Below are positions 28,066-37,807 of a stretch of DNA of 64,000 bases, piece after piece. The DNA is from an uncultured Chloroflexia bacterium (lineage in GTDB: Bacteria > Chloroflexota > Limnocylindria > Limnocylindrales > CSP1-4): positions 128,001-192,000 of the forward strand of contig CAVYBU010000002.1 of assembly GCA_963766735.1 (NCBI GenBank), read 5' to 3'. Numbering within the stretch: the stretch's first letter is position 1; every line of letters starts with the position of its first letter. A program made the translations under genes and the position numbers. The notes beneath the pieces were generated by a model that saw only the letters and a program-made list of their open reading frames with translations, was not told where the DNA came from and ran no database searches.

Positions 28066-29841
28066 ATGGCCCGCGTCGTGATCGATCCCGTCACGCGGGC
28101 CAGCGGCCATCTGCGCATCGAGGCGGACGTCTCGGGCGGCGCGGTGGCCGAGGCGTGGACCTCCGCCACGATGTTCCGGGACCTGGAGACGGTCCTGCGC
28201 GGACGTGACGCCCGCGACGCCTGGCTTCTCGCGGAGCGCATCTGCGGAACGTGCACCAGCGTCCACGCGCTTGCGTCCGTGCGCGCTGTGGAGAACGCCC
28301 TCGGCATCGACATCCCCACCAACGCCCGCCTGATCAGGAACATCCTGGCGTCGACCCAGCTGGTCCGGGACCACGTGCTCGGGTTCTACGTGACCCAGGG
28401 CCCGGACTGGGTCGATGCCAGGTCCGCGCTCAAGGCCGATCCGGTCGCCACTGCCCGCCTCGCGCGCGAGACCAGTTCGCGGCCGCAGTCCGGTCCCGAG
28501 CACCTCACGAGCGTCCGCGACAGGCTTGCCGCGGTCATCGACTCGGACCAGCCCGGCATGTTCGCGGGCGGCCCGTGGGGCCACCCGGCCTACCAGCTCA
28601 GCCCGGAGCAGAGCCTGCTTCTGCTGGCGCACATGCTCGAGGCGCTGGATTGGCAGCAGTCATTCATGCGGATCCACGCGCTGCTCGGCGGCAAGGATCC
28701 CCACCCGCAGACGTACGTCGTCGGCGGGATGGCGCTGGCGCCGCCCTGGGGCGGACCCAACCCGCCCCTGACCCGGGAGCACCCGATGGTCCCGGACCAC
28801 AAGGCGCCGGTCGCCCTGAGCGAGGCCGGGATCGCCATGATCGATGACCTGATCGCGAAGGGGCGGGCCTTCGTCGAGCAGGTGTTCGTGCCCGACGTGC
28901 GCCTCCTCACTGCGGCCTACCCGGAGTGGGGCGCGCTGGGCGCCAGTTCGGGCGACTACCTGTCCTGGGGTGACTATCCCCTAGGGGACGGCAAGGATCC
29001 AGCTCTGTTCCTTCCGCGCGGGCGTGTCTCGGGCGGCAACATCAACCTTGGGCTGGAGGCCGAACCGGACCGCGTGGCCGAGACCGTGACGCACGCCTGG
29101 TACACCTACACGGGCGGTGACGCGGCGCTCCTTCGACCGTCCGAGGGCGAGACCGTGCCCGCGTGGTCCGGGCCCCCTCTGCCTCTGGAGACCCTCGACG
29201 GCGCGGCCAAGTACTCGTGGGTCAAGGCCGCACGCTACGACGGCAAGCCCGTCGAGACGGGGCCCCTCGCCCGCACGCTCGTCGGGATCGCGAACGGCCA
29301 GTCGGAGATACGTGAGGGGCTGGCCATGCTGCTCGAGGAGACAGGCCTCGACGTCGAGGTCATGCCGAGCGTCCTGGGGCGGATGCTTGCCCGGGCGCTC
29401 GAGGCCCAGGTCCTGGCCCGCCAGGCAGCCACCTGTCTCTCGGAGCTCAAATCGAACCTCGCCACGGGCGACGTCGCGGTAGCGGACCTGTCGTTCTGGG
29501 AGCAGGGGTCCTGGCCCTCAGAGGCCGAGGGCCGCTCCATCGGCGAGGGGCCGAGGGGAGCCGTTGGCCACTGGGTGCGCATCCGTGACGGCCTGATCGA
29601 CGCCTACCAGGTGGTGGACGGGAGCACCTGGAACACCTCGCCGCGAGACGCGATGGGCGGCCGCGGCCCCATCGAGACCGCCCTTGTCGGCACGCCGGTC
29701 GCCGACCCGTCCCGCCCCCTGGAGATCCAGCGCGTCGTGCATTCGTTCGCGCCGTGCGCCGGCTGCGCCGCCCACCTGTTCGATCCGCGGGCGGTCGGCC
29801 CGCTCGAGATCCGCGTCCGCGCGGGGGAGAGGACCCGATGA
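28066..29841 (+). CDS. hyaB: Group 1 [NiFe]-hydrogenase large subunit with divergent active-site residues
   Basis: L1 ERICGTCTSVH, L2 HSFAPCAGCAAH plus a cleavable tail; KYSWVKAARY and EGPRGAVGHW motifs. Confidence 0.92.
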   Translation: MARVVIDPVTRASGHLRIEADVSGGAVAEAWTSATMFRDLETVLRGRDARDAWLLAERICGTCTSVHALASVRAVENALGIDIPTNARLIRNILASTQLVRDHVLGFYVTQGPDWVDARSALKADPVATARLARETSSRPQSGPEHLTSVRDRLAAVIDSDQPGMFAGGPWGHPAYQLSPEQSLLLLAHMLEALDWQQSFMRIHALLGGKDPHPQTYVVGGMALAPPWGGPNPPLTREHPMVPDHKAPVALSEAGIAMIDDLIAKGRAFVEQVFVPDVRLLTAAYPEWGALGASSGDYLSWGDYPLGDGKDPALFLPRGRVSGGNINLGLEAEPDRVAETVTHAWYTYTGGDAALLRPSEGETVPAWSGPPLPLETLDGAAKYSWVKAARYDGKPVETGPLARTLVGIANGQSEIREGLAMLLEETGLDVEVMPSVLGRMLARALEAQVLARQAATCLSELKSNLATGDVAVADLSFWEQGSWPSEAEGRSIGEGPRGAVGHWVRIRDGLIDAYQVVDGSTWNTSPRDAMGGRGPIETALVGTPVADPSRPLEIQRVVHSFAPCAGCAAHLFDPRAVGPLEIRVRAGERTR

Positions 29842-30647
29842 CCGCCACCCCGAACACCCTGCGGGGGACGACGGCCCCCGTCGATGTCCCGGCCCCGGCC
29901 GACCCGGAGGCTGCGCCTGGCGCTCCGGCACAGGCGGCCCACGAGATCGACCGGCCGCACGAGCGCGTCCGCCTCTACATCTGGCAGGTGCCGGTGCGGG
30001 TGACGCACTGGGTGACCGCCGCCTGCATCGTCATCCTGAGCGTCACCGGGCTGTACATCGCGGACCCGTTCCTGGTCCCGCCCGGCGGATCGGTGATGTC
30101 GACGATCCGGCTGCTCCACATCCTGACCGCGCTCCTCTTCCTTGTCTCGGGGATCATCCGCACCTGGTGGCTGCTGGCCGGGAACCGGTTCTCCCGATGG
30201 TCCGCATTCATCCCTACCTCCAAGTTCCAGGCAACCGAGCTGTTCCGCCAGGCGGGCTTCTACGGGTTCGTCCGCAAGGAGATCCCCAAGGTGCTCGGCC
30301 ACAACCAGCTGGCCGCGACCGCGTACCTCGTGCTGTTCGCGCTGCTGCTCGTGGAGACGGTCACCGGCTTCGCTCTCGACGGGCTCATGGGCACCGAGCC
30401 TGGCGCCACGCTCTTCGGCTGGATGCGCGAGCTGTTCGGCCCGCAGATGCTGCGCCTCGTCCACCACCTCGCCATGTACGCGATCCTCGCAATCGCGCTG
30501 TTCCACATCTACAGCTGCATCCTGGTCGACCACATCGAGAGCAACGGGCTGATCTCCAGCATCGTGACGGGCTCCAAGTTCCCGACCCGCGAGGAGATCG
30601 TGGAGTCCCGCGACGGCGGCCCCGAGATGCTGGAGAGGGCGGAATGA
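29838..30647 (+). CDS. hyaC: Ni/Fe-hydrogenase b-type cytochrome subunit
   Basis: YIWQVPVRVTHW, RLLH, GHNQLA and RLVHH...FHIY heme ligands. ATGA overlap with the large subunit gene. Confidence 0.92.
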   Translation: MTATPNTLRGTTAPVDVPAPADPEAAPGAPAQAAHEIDRPHERVRLYIWQVPVRVTHWVTAACIVILSVTGLYIADPFLVPPGGSVMSTIRLLHILTALLFLVSGIIRTWWLLAGNRFSRWSAFIPTSKFQATELFRQAGFYGFVRKEIPKVLGHNQLAATAYLVLFALLLVETVTGFALDGLMGTEPGATLFGWMRELFGPQMLRLVHHLAMYAILAIALFHIYSCILVDHIESNGLISSIVTGSKFPTREEIVESRDGGPEMLERAE

Positions 30648-31186
30648 TCGCAACGGGCCCGGCCGTCGTTCTCGGGGTGGGCAACGTGCTGCTCCGCGAC
30701 GACGGCGTCGGTGTGCGCGTGGTCCAGGAGCTCGCCCGGCTGACGGCGGACGACCCGCGCGCGGTGCCCAGCGGCACGCACCTGGTGGATGGCGGGACTC
30801 TCGGCCTGGACCTCCTCCAGGCCGTGCGCGGCGCTCGCTCGCTGCTGCTCGTCGATGCGGTGAACCTGGGCCGGGCGCCCGGCACCGTCAGCGTCCTGCG
30901 TGGGCAGGCGATCACCGCGTCCTGCGTGGGCGGGGCGATCCCCGGCGGCGTGGGCGAGCTGCTGGGCATGGGTCGGCTGATGGGATGGCTGCCGGATCAC
31001 GTGACCCTCCTCGGCATCGAGGCGGGCGACACCGGGACGGGGGTCGGCCTCTCGGCCTGCGTTGAGGCGGCCGTCCCGACTGCCGTGGAGATGGCTCGCG
31101 TGGAGCTCCGCGCGCTCGACGAGCTCGCACCGGCTGGGAGGTCGGAGGCGCCGGCGGTCCGGCTGAAGGAAGGGGCGGCGGCATGA
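30644..31186 (+). CDS. hyaD: Hydrogenase maturation protease
   Basis: LGVGNVLLRDDGVG, VDGGTLG and LVDAV motifs. The usual SxH metal ligand is absent. Confidence 0.88.
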   Translation: MIATGPAVVLGVGNVLLRDDGVGVRVVQELARLTADDPRAVPSGTHLVDGGTLGLDLLQAVRGARSLLLVDAVNLGRAPGTVSVLRGQAITASCVGGAIPGGVGELLGMGRLMGWLPDHVTLLGIEAGDTGTGVGLSACVEAAVPTAVEMARVELRALDELAPAGRSEAPAVRLKEGAAA

Positions 31187-31905
31187 GACGCAGGCTTGAC
31201 AGGACGCTGCGCCTGCTCATCGCGATGAACCTGATCGTGGTCGCCCTGCTCGCGTTGACCATGGTCGCGGGCTGGATGAAGGTCCTGCCGTCGGTCGGCG
31301 GCCCAACGCCGGCCACCTCCGACGCGCCGGCGGCCACCCCGGAACAGATGGAGATGGGCCTCGCCCATATCCCGACGTCCAGCAGCTGCCTGCTCTGCCA
31401 CGAGGCGGGTGGCGCCAGCGGGGTCAAGGTCATCCCGGCCATTGGCCACCCGCTGGAGGGCTGGGGGGCCTGCCTGACCTGCCACACGGACGACAAGCTC
31501 GGCCGCAACGCACCCGGTCACAAGGACATTGCCCAGACCGAGTGTGTCAACTGCCACAAGGTGGCCCAGGAGGGCCCGTCGATCACCCAGGCCCACGCAG
31601 ATCTGCACGAAGCGTGCTTTGACTGCCACGGCTCCGTGGCGCACCTCCCGTCCAGCATGGTTGGGCGCAACCAGGACGAGTGCTGGCTCTGCCACAAGCC
31701 GAACCCGGCCCCGCCGCCCACGAGACCGCATCCGGAGCCTGGGCAGCTGACATGCCGCGCCTGCCACCAGGCAGCAGACGCTGGCGCCTTGCCGATCGAT
31801 CATGCGCTGCGGGCGGACTCGAGCTGCCTGCTCTGCCACAACATCCGGGCGACGTCGGTCGAGAGCTCGTCCGAGGTCCCGTCCGCGAGCCCGTCCGGGG
31901 GCTGA
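31183..31905 (+). CDS. Membrane-anchored multiheme cytochrome c (7 CxxCH)
   Basis: N-terminal TM helix, then CLLCH, CLTCH, CVNCH, CFDCH, CWLCH, CRACH and CLLCH. Confidence 0.9.
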   Translation: MRRRLDRTLRLLIAMNLIVVALLALTMVAGWMKVLPSVGGPTPATSDAPAATPEQMEMGLAHIPTSSSCLLCHEAGGASGVKVIPAIGHPLEGWGACLTCHTDDKLGRNAPGHKDIAQTECVNCHKVAQEGPSITQAHADLHEACFDCHGSVAHLPSSMVGRNQDECWLCHKPNPAPPPTRPHPEPGQLTCRACHQAADAGALPIDHALRADSSCLLCHNIRATSVESSSEVPSASPSGG

Positions 31906-31985
31906 TCGGGTCCATCCTGCGCTCTCGCCGTTGGCCCCGGGCGCTGGACCCGACCGGTCGTCCGCGGATGGGCGATCATGGGGGC

Positions 31986-32441
31986 ATGCAGAACATGCTC
32001 ACCGTCTCCTGGGAGGATCTTGACGGCCTGGTCGCGGGGCTCGCCACCGCTGTCGGCCGTGATCACGACCTCGTCCTCGCGATCACGCGCGGAGGCCTCG
32101 TCCCCGCCGGGATGCTCGCCTACCGCCTGAACCTGCGGGAGATCCTCGTCGTCGGAGCGGAGTTCTACCGCTCCGAGGGCGGCACCCACCCTGCGCCGGT
32201 CATCGGCCACTTCCCGGACGCCTCGCTCCTCGCGGGCCAGCGGGTGCTGGTCGTGGACGAGGTCTGGGAAACCGGCGAGACGATGGCAGAGGTCATGGCG
32301 AGGGTCCGAGCAGCCGGGGGCACGGCCGTCTCCGCGGTGATCCACTACAAGCCGGGCCGGTCCCGTGTCGCGGCTGTCCCGGACCACTGGGCGGCAACCG
32401 CGCATGACTGGGTGACGTACCCCTACAAGGCGGGTGGCTGA
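31986..32441 (+). CDS. Purine phosphoribosyltransferase family protein (Gpt-like)
   Basis: AITRGGLVPA and VLVVDEVWETGET PRPP-binding loop; WVTYPY. Confidence 0.88.
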   Translation: MQNMLTVSWEDLDGLVAGLATAVGRDHDLVLAITRGGLVPAGMLAYRLNLREILVVGAEFYRSEGGTHPAPVIGHFPDASLLAGQRVLVVDEVWETGETMAEVMARVRAAGGTAVSAVIHYKPGRSRVAAVPDHWAATAHDWVTYPYKAGG

Positions 32442-32503
32442 GCGGCGCACCCGGGCCGCCACGCTGTCCTGATCATCCTGTCGTTCCCACAGGGGAGATC
32501 CTC

Positions 32504-33283
32504 GTGACCACACCTCGAACCACCTCACGTCGCGGCCCGATCCTGGGGGTCGCCCTGATCGTTGTCGCGGTCCTCGGCGGGGCCGCCCTCTGGTACGTCT
32601 TCTTCCGGCCGTCGGGTCCGCCGCCCGTGTCGCTCGGGTCGATGGCGCCGGCAACCACGGTGCCGGCCGGCAGTGCCGCCGTGGGCTCCGGTGCGAGTGC
32701 CGGGACCGGAGGCTCGTCCGGCCAGACGTTCGAGGGGATCTGGACCACCGATCCCACTGCTTCCTCGACCTCGGGGCCTGCCACCTTCGTGGGCTACCGG
32801 GTCCGCGAGGAGCTGGCCAATATCGGGGCGACCGAGGCCGTCGGCCGGACGTCCGACGTGACCGGCTCCCTAACGATCGAGGGGACCACGGTGACGAAAG
32901 GCGAGTTCACGGCTGACCTCACGACGCTCCAGAGCGACAGCGGCAACCGCGATCGGCAGCTCTCGCGCCAGGCCCTCGAGACGGCGACCTACCCGGAGGC
33001 GAGCTTCACGCTGACCCAGCCGATCGAGCTGGGCACGGAGCCCGCCGAGGGTGAGGTCGTCGAGGTCACGGCGACCGGAGACCTGACCCTCCACGGCGTG
33101 ACGAAGTCGGTTCAGGTCGCCCTGCAGGCCCGCCGGGAAGGCGAAACGATCGCCGTCGCGGGCTCGGTGCCAATCGCCTTCGCCGACTTCGGGATCCAGA
33201 AGCCGCAGGCGATGGCGGTCCTCTCGGTCGAGGATCGCGCCACCGTGGAACTGCTGATCCACCTCGTCCCCTGTTGCGGCTGA
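32504..33283 (+). CDS. YceI family protein with an N-terminal membrane anchor
   Basis: VGYRVREEL...LQSDSGNRD, TGDLTLHGVTK and FADFGI motifs. Confidence 0.88.
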   Translation: MTTPRTTSRRGPILGVALIVVAVLGGAALWYVFFRPSGPPPVSLGSMAPATTVPAGSAAVGSGASAGTGGSSGQTFEGIWTTDPTASSTSGPATFVGYRVREELANIGATEAVGRTSDVTGSLTIEGTTVTKGEFTADLTTLQSDSGNRDRQLSRQALETATYPEASFTLTQPIELGTEPAEGEVVEVTATGDLTLHGVTKSVQVALQARREGETIAVAGSVPIAFADFGIQKPQAMAVLSVEDRATVELLIHLVPCCG

Positions 33284-33287
33284 GGTC

Positions 33288-33304
33288 TCTCAGGGCCTTC
33301 TCAC
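33288..33304 (+). promoter_or_regulatory. Direct repeat TCTCAG-N5-TCTCAC, candidate OmpR-family (MprA-like) box
   Basis: Hexamers with an 11-bp period upstream of an operon that ends in an OmpR-type regulator and kinase. Confidence 0.5.
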
Positions 33305-33352
33305 GCACGAAGGGCATGCTCGGTCTCACGTTGCGATCTCCCCGCCCGAGGC

Positions 33353-34529
33353 ATGCCCGTGAAGCTCAAGGTCTTCGTCATCCTGGTCCTGGTCGCGGCC
33401 GGCGGTGCAGCCGTCTTCGTGTCGCTGGGGGGCCTGCCTGCCGGTGAATCCACGGCTGCCTCCACCTACCTGACCGCGACCGCCGTGACCGGTGACGTCA
33501 CCGACGAGGTCGCCGCGACCGGGACGATCGCCTCGACCTCCAGCTACGTCCTGGGGTTCGGCACGGCTCCGCGTCTCGCCGACGGGACCGCGTCCGCCGG
33601 ATCGGGCACCTGGCTCGTGGAGACGGTGGATGCCACGGTCGGCCAGTCCGTCAGGGAGGGTGACGTGCTCGCCACGGCCGCCACCAGCGATCTCAGGGCG
33701 CAGCTCACCCAGGCGAAGACGTCGCTGTCTGCGGCCAAGGTCAGCGAGAAGGTGGCCGCGAAGACGCTGGACGACGCATCGGGCACCGACGCCATCCGGC
33801 AGGCGAAGATCGGCAACTACAACGCGCTCAACAGCCGCCGTCAGGCCGAATCCGCCCTCGCCGACCTGGAGGCCCAGATTGCCCTGGCCACGCTCACGGC
33901 CCCGATCGACGGCACCGTGACGGCCGTCGCCATCGTGCCCGGGCTCGAGTCCACCGGGACCGCGATCACGATCGCCTCCTCCACCTACGAGGTGACCGCG
34001 GACGTCGTCGAGTCCGACATCAGCGCGATGAGCATCGGCCAGGACGCCACTGTCACCGTCGATGCGATCGATGCCGTGATCGGAGGCAAGGTCTGCCGAG
34101 ATCGCCCCCGCCGCGACCGGGGCGTCCGGCGGCAGCGTGGTCTCGTTCCCGGTCACCGTGGCGCTGACCGGGGCGCCGAGCACGCTCCGCGCCGGCATGA
34201 CAGCGGACATCACGATCGTCACCGAGTCGGCGACCAACGTGCTCACGATCCCCAGCTCGGCACTGCGCGGCACCAGCGGCGACTACCGGGTCCAGGTGCT
34301 GGACGCAGACGGCACTCCCACGGCGACGCCCGTGGAGGTTGGCCTCGTCACGGATGCCACGGCCGAGATCACCAGCGGGCTGGCCGTGGGCGACGTGGTC
34401 GTGACCGGGACCACCGCCGACCGGACAGGGACCACCGTCTCCGCGATCGGCGGGCGCGGCGGGTTCGGCGGCGGCGAGGTCATCGTCCCCGGCGGTGGTG
34501 GCGGCGGCGGTCGGTTCCAGCAGCCGTGA
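33353..34529 (+). CDS. MacA-like efflux periplasmic adaptor, apparent +1 frameshift at about 34094
   Basis: TM anchor, VGQSVREGDVLA and LTAPIDGTV. Removing T34094 gives ...GKVAEIAPAATGASGGSVVSFPV...LRAGMTA...NVLTIPSSAL. Confidence 0.85.
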
Positions 34530-35224
34530 CGGCCCTGCCGACCGAGGCCATGAACGAGCAGATCATCAGCCTGCGGGGCATCGGGCGGACCTACGACATG
34601 GGCCGGGTGACGGTTCCGGCGCTGCGGGACGTGGACCTCGACGTCGCGCGGGGCGAGTTCCTGGCGATCGTCGGGCCATCCGGGTCCGGCAAGAGCACGA
34701 TGATGCACATCCTGGGTTGCCTGGACCGCCCGACGACCGGCACGTACACCCTCGCCGGTCGGCCCGTCGAGGATCTCGACGACGACGGTCTCGCCCGCGT
34801 CCGGAGCCGGACCATCGGGTTCGTGTTCCAGTCGTACAACCTGCTGCCACGGACGAGTGCCCTCGACAACGTGGCCACGCCGCTGCTGTACCAGGGCGCA
34901 GGCCGCTCCGAGCGGGTTCGCCGTGCGACGGCCGCGCTGGAGCGGCTGGGGCTGGGGGACCGCATGGACCACGAGCCGTCGGAGCTCTCCGGCGGCCAGC
35001 AGCAGCGGGTCGCCATCGCGCGGGCGCTGGTGACAGATCCGGCGCTCATCCTGGCCGACGAGCCCACGGGCAACCTGGACCAGGCCACGGGCCACGAGGT
35101 CCTGGGGCTGTTCCGCGAGCTGAATGCTGCGGGGAGCACCATCGTCCTCATCACGCACGATGCCGAGGTCGCCGAGGCGGCCAGCCGGCAGGTGCACATC
35201 CGGGACGGAAGGCTCGTCACATGA
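34526..35224 (+). CDS. ABC transporter ATP-binding protein (MacB/LolD type)
   Basis: [31 protein letters not shown] and LITHD motifs. Confidence 0.95.
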   Translation: MTALPTEAMNEQIISLRGIGRTYDMGRVTVPALRDVDLDVARGEFLAIVGPSGSGKSTMMHILGCLDRPTTGTYTLAGRPVEDLDDDGLARVRSRTIGFVFQSYNLLPRTSALDNVATPLLYQGAGRSERVRRATAALERLGLGDRMDHEPSELSGGQQQRVAIARALVTDPALILADEPTGNLDQATGHEVLGLFRELNAAGSTIVLITHDAEVAEAASRQVHIRDGRLVT

Positions 35225-36411
35225 GCCTGTTCGAGCTGGTCCGGCTGGCGTTCTCGCGGCTGCGCACCGGGCGCCTGCGGGCGGCCCTCACCATGCTCGG
35301 GGTGATCATCGGCGTCGCGTCGGTGGTCGCCCTGGTCGGCGTGGGGCAGGGGACCACGTCCAGCATCACCGAGCGCCTGTCCAGCCTCGGCACGAACCTG
35401 CTCACGGTCAGCGCGGCCGGGGCCAACGGCGGCGCCTCCTCGACCCTCACCCTGGACGACGTGGACGCGCTCCGGGGGATCGACGGAGTCGCGGGCATCG
35501 CACCCGAGTCCTCGACCCAGGCCACGGTGGGCGCCGATGGCGAGGCCACGACGACCTCGATCATCGGGACGACGGCGGACTACGCCGATGTCCGTGCCTA
35601 CGACATCTGGCAGGGCACGTTCCTGACCGACACGGCCGTGGAGCGCAACCTGCGGACGGCCGTCCTGGGCGCCACGACCGCCAGCGACCTCGGTCTCGAC
35701 AAGACGTCGATCGGCAGCGAGATCAGCATCGGTGGGCTGCCGTTCCAGCTGGTCGGCATCCTCCAGCCGAAGGGCGGCTCCGGCTTCCAGGACCCCGACG
35801 ACCAGGTCATGGTCCCGATCGGGATCATCGCGAAGTACTTCGTCGCCGGCGACGGCGTCCGGACCATCGGCCTCAGCGTGACCGACGAGGCGCAGATGGC
35901 CACCGTCCAGGCGGAGATCACGTCCGTGCTGCGGACGCGCCACGGCCTCGCGGCCACGGACGAGGACGACTTCAGGATCTTCGACCAGGCCCAGCTCCTT
36001 GAGACTGCCTCCTCGATCAGCGGGACCCTGACGCTGCTGCTCGGCGGGATCGCCTCGATCTCGCTGATCGTGGGCGGCATCGGGATCATGAACATCATGC
36101 TGGTCTCGGTCCGGGAACGGACGCGCGAGATCGGGATCCGCAAGGCCGTCGGCGCCCGCGGGCGCGACATCCTGCTCCAGTTCCTCATCGAGGCCCTGAC
36201 GCTGTCGGTGCTGGGAGGCGTGATCGGGATCGCTGTCGGCCTTGGAGTATCCGCGCTGATCGCCCGCGTCGGCGCGATCACCTTCGCCATCAGCCCCACA
36301 ACGCTTGCCGTCGCCCTGCTGTTCAGCCTCGCGGTCGGCGTCATCTTCGGGGTGTGGCCCGCCCGCCAGGCGGCCCGCCTCGACCCCATCAACGCCCTGC
36401 GCTACGAGTAG
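35221..36411 (+). CDS. ABC transporter permease (MacB/FtsX type)
   Basis: [14 protein letters not shown] and [28 protein letters not shown] motifs. Confidence 0.95.
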   Translation: MSLFELVRLAFSRLRTGRLRAALTMLGVIIGVASVVALVGVGQGTTSSITERLSSLGTNLLTVSAAGANGGASSTLTLDDVDALRGIDGVAGIAPESSTQATVGADGEATTTSIIGTTADYADVRAYDIWQGTFLTDTAVERNLRTAVLGATTASDLGLDKTSIGSEISIGGLPFQLVGILQPKGGSGFQDPDDQVMVPIGIIAKYFVAGDGVRTIGLSVTDEAQMATVQAEITSVLRTRHGLAATDEDDFRIFDQAQLLETASSISGTLTLLLGGIASISLIVGGIGIMNIMLVSVRERTREIGIRKAVGARGRDILLQFLIEALTLSVLGGVIGIAVGLGVSALIARVGAITFAISPTTLAVALLFSLAVGVIFGVWPARQAARLDPINALRYE

Positions 36412-36423
36412 GAGACCGAGACG

Positions 36424-37104
36424 ATGACCACCCCGCCCAGCGATCCGGCGACCGCCGCCCCCGGCCTCTCGACCTCCCTCACGGAGCCCGTGCCGACCTT
36501 CCAGCCCGGCTTCGCGCCTCCCGAGCCAGAGCCTGCCGGTCGCCCGGCATCCCAGAAGCGCGGCTCGTCCGGCTCGTCGCGGATCCTCAACCTCGCGCTG
36601 GGCGCCGCGGTCCTGGTGGCGGTCGCGGGGGTCTCGTTCGCCGTCGGCCGTGCCACGGCGCCGGCGTCGGCCACCGTTGGCAGCGGGACCGTGTTCGTCC
36701 CCGGTCAGGGCGGCGTCTTCGTCCCGGGCGACAACGGCGGTGACCTGCCGGACATGAGCTTCGACCCCAACGGCAACGGAGGGTTCCCGGGCGGCGGCCA
36801 GGGTCGCGGGCTTCCCGGCGACCGGGGCTTCGGCGCCTTCGGCGGCGGCCTGACCATGACCGGCACGGTCGACTCGATCAGCGCCGATTCGATCACGATC
36901 AAGCTCGAGTCGGGCCAGACGATCACCGTGGGCCTTGACGCGAGCACCACGTACCATCAGCAGGCCGATGCGGCGGCGTCCGACGTGACGACGGGCGCCA
37001 CCGTGCAGCTGCAGCTCGCCGGGCGGCTCCGGCCGGGCCAGGGCAACTCGTCGGGCAACGCGGCCACCCTCGGCACCGCCGGATCCGTCACCATCGTCCC
37101 CTGA
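36424..37104 (+). CDS. Membrane-anchored Gly-rich protein with a small beta domain (DUF5666-like)
   Basis: Single TM helix and [16 protein letters not shown]...[18 protein letters not shown] upstream. Confidence 0.72.
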   Translation: MTTPPSDPATAAPGLSTSLTEPVPTFQPGFAPPEPEPAGRPASQKRGSSGSSRILNLALGAAVLVAVAGVSFAVGRATAPASATVGSGTVFVPGQGGVFVPGDNGGDLPDMSFDPNGNGGFPGGGQGRGLPGDRGFGAFGGGLTMTGTVDSISADSITIKLESGQTITVGLDASTTYHQQADAAASDVTTGATVQLQLAGRLRPGQGNSSGNAATLGTAGSVTIVP

Positions 37105-37129
37105 TCTCCAGGGGATCACGAGGCAACCG

Positions 37130-37807
37130 ATGCACCTGCTCCTGGTCGAGGACGACGAGCGCCTCGCCCGGTCACTGACCCGCCTCCTCGAGGAGGATCG
37201 CCACGTCGTGGAGCACGCGCCCGACGGCAGGACGGGCATCGAGCTGGCCGCGGCCATAGAAGGGCTGGACGCCGTCATCCTCGACATCGGGCTACCGGAC
37301 ATCTCGGGTCTGGACGTCGCCCGCCGGATCCGGAAGGCGGGCCTGGACGTGAGCATCCTCATGCTCACCGCCCGGGACACTGTGGGGGACCGCGTGACGG
37401 GCCTGGACGCCGGCGCAGACGACTACGTCGTCAAGCCGTTCGCATACCAGGAGGTTGCCGCGCGGCTGCGCGCTCTCACCCGGCGAGCGGAGTTTGGCCC
37501 AAGGCGTCCGGAGCCCAAGCTCTCGGCGGGCGCCATCATCCTGGACGAGGCTGCGCGCGCGGTCACCGTCAACGGCCGCCCCGTGGACCTGAGCCCGCGC
37601 GAGTTCTCGCTCCTGGAAGCGCTGCTCCGTCACGGAGGGCGGACCCTCACCAGGGACCAGCTCCTGGACCATGCGTGGCCGTTCAGCGTGGCCGTCACGC
37701 CCAATGCCGTGGACGCCTACGTCCACTACCTGCGCACGAAGCTGGGTGAGGCGGGCCCCCAGATCGAGACCGTGCGCGGGGTTGGCTACCGGCTGGCTGA
37801 TGGCTGA
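37130..37807 (+). CDS. OmpR-family response regulator
   Basis: [23 protein letters not shown] and IETVRGVGY motifs. Confidence 0.95.
   Translation: MHLLLVEDDERLARSLTRLLEEDRHVVEHAPDGRTGIELAAAIEGLDAVILDIGLPDISGLDVARRIRKAGLDVSILMLTARDTVGDRVTGLDAGADDYVVKPFAYQEVAARLRALTRRAEFGPRRPEPKLSAGAIILDEAARAVTVNGRPVDLSPREFSLLEALLRHGGRTLTRDQLLDHAWPFSVAVTPNAVDAYVHYLRTKLGEAGPQIETVRGVGYRLADG

Noticed and set aside
26463-32000. tRNA-Lys as the integration site of a hydrogenase island
   Set aside because: No integrase, no duplicated tRNA 3' end found by eye, and no obvious composition shift.
33353-35224. 623-aa adaptor-ATPase fusion ORF
   Set aside because: Artefact of the 34094 frameshift. The adaptor C-terminus is in another frame and ends at 34529.
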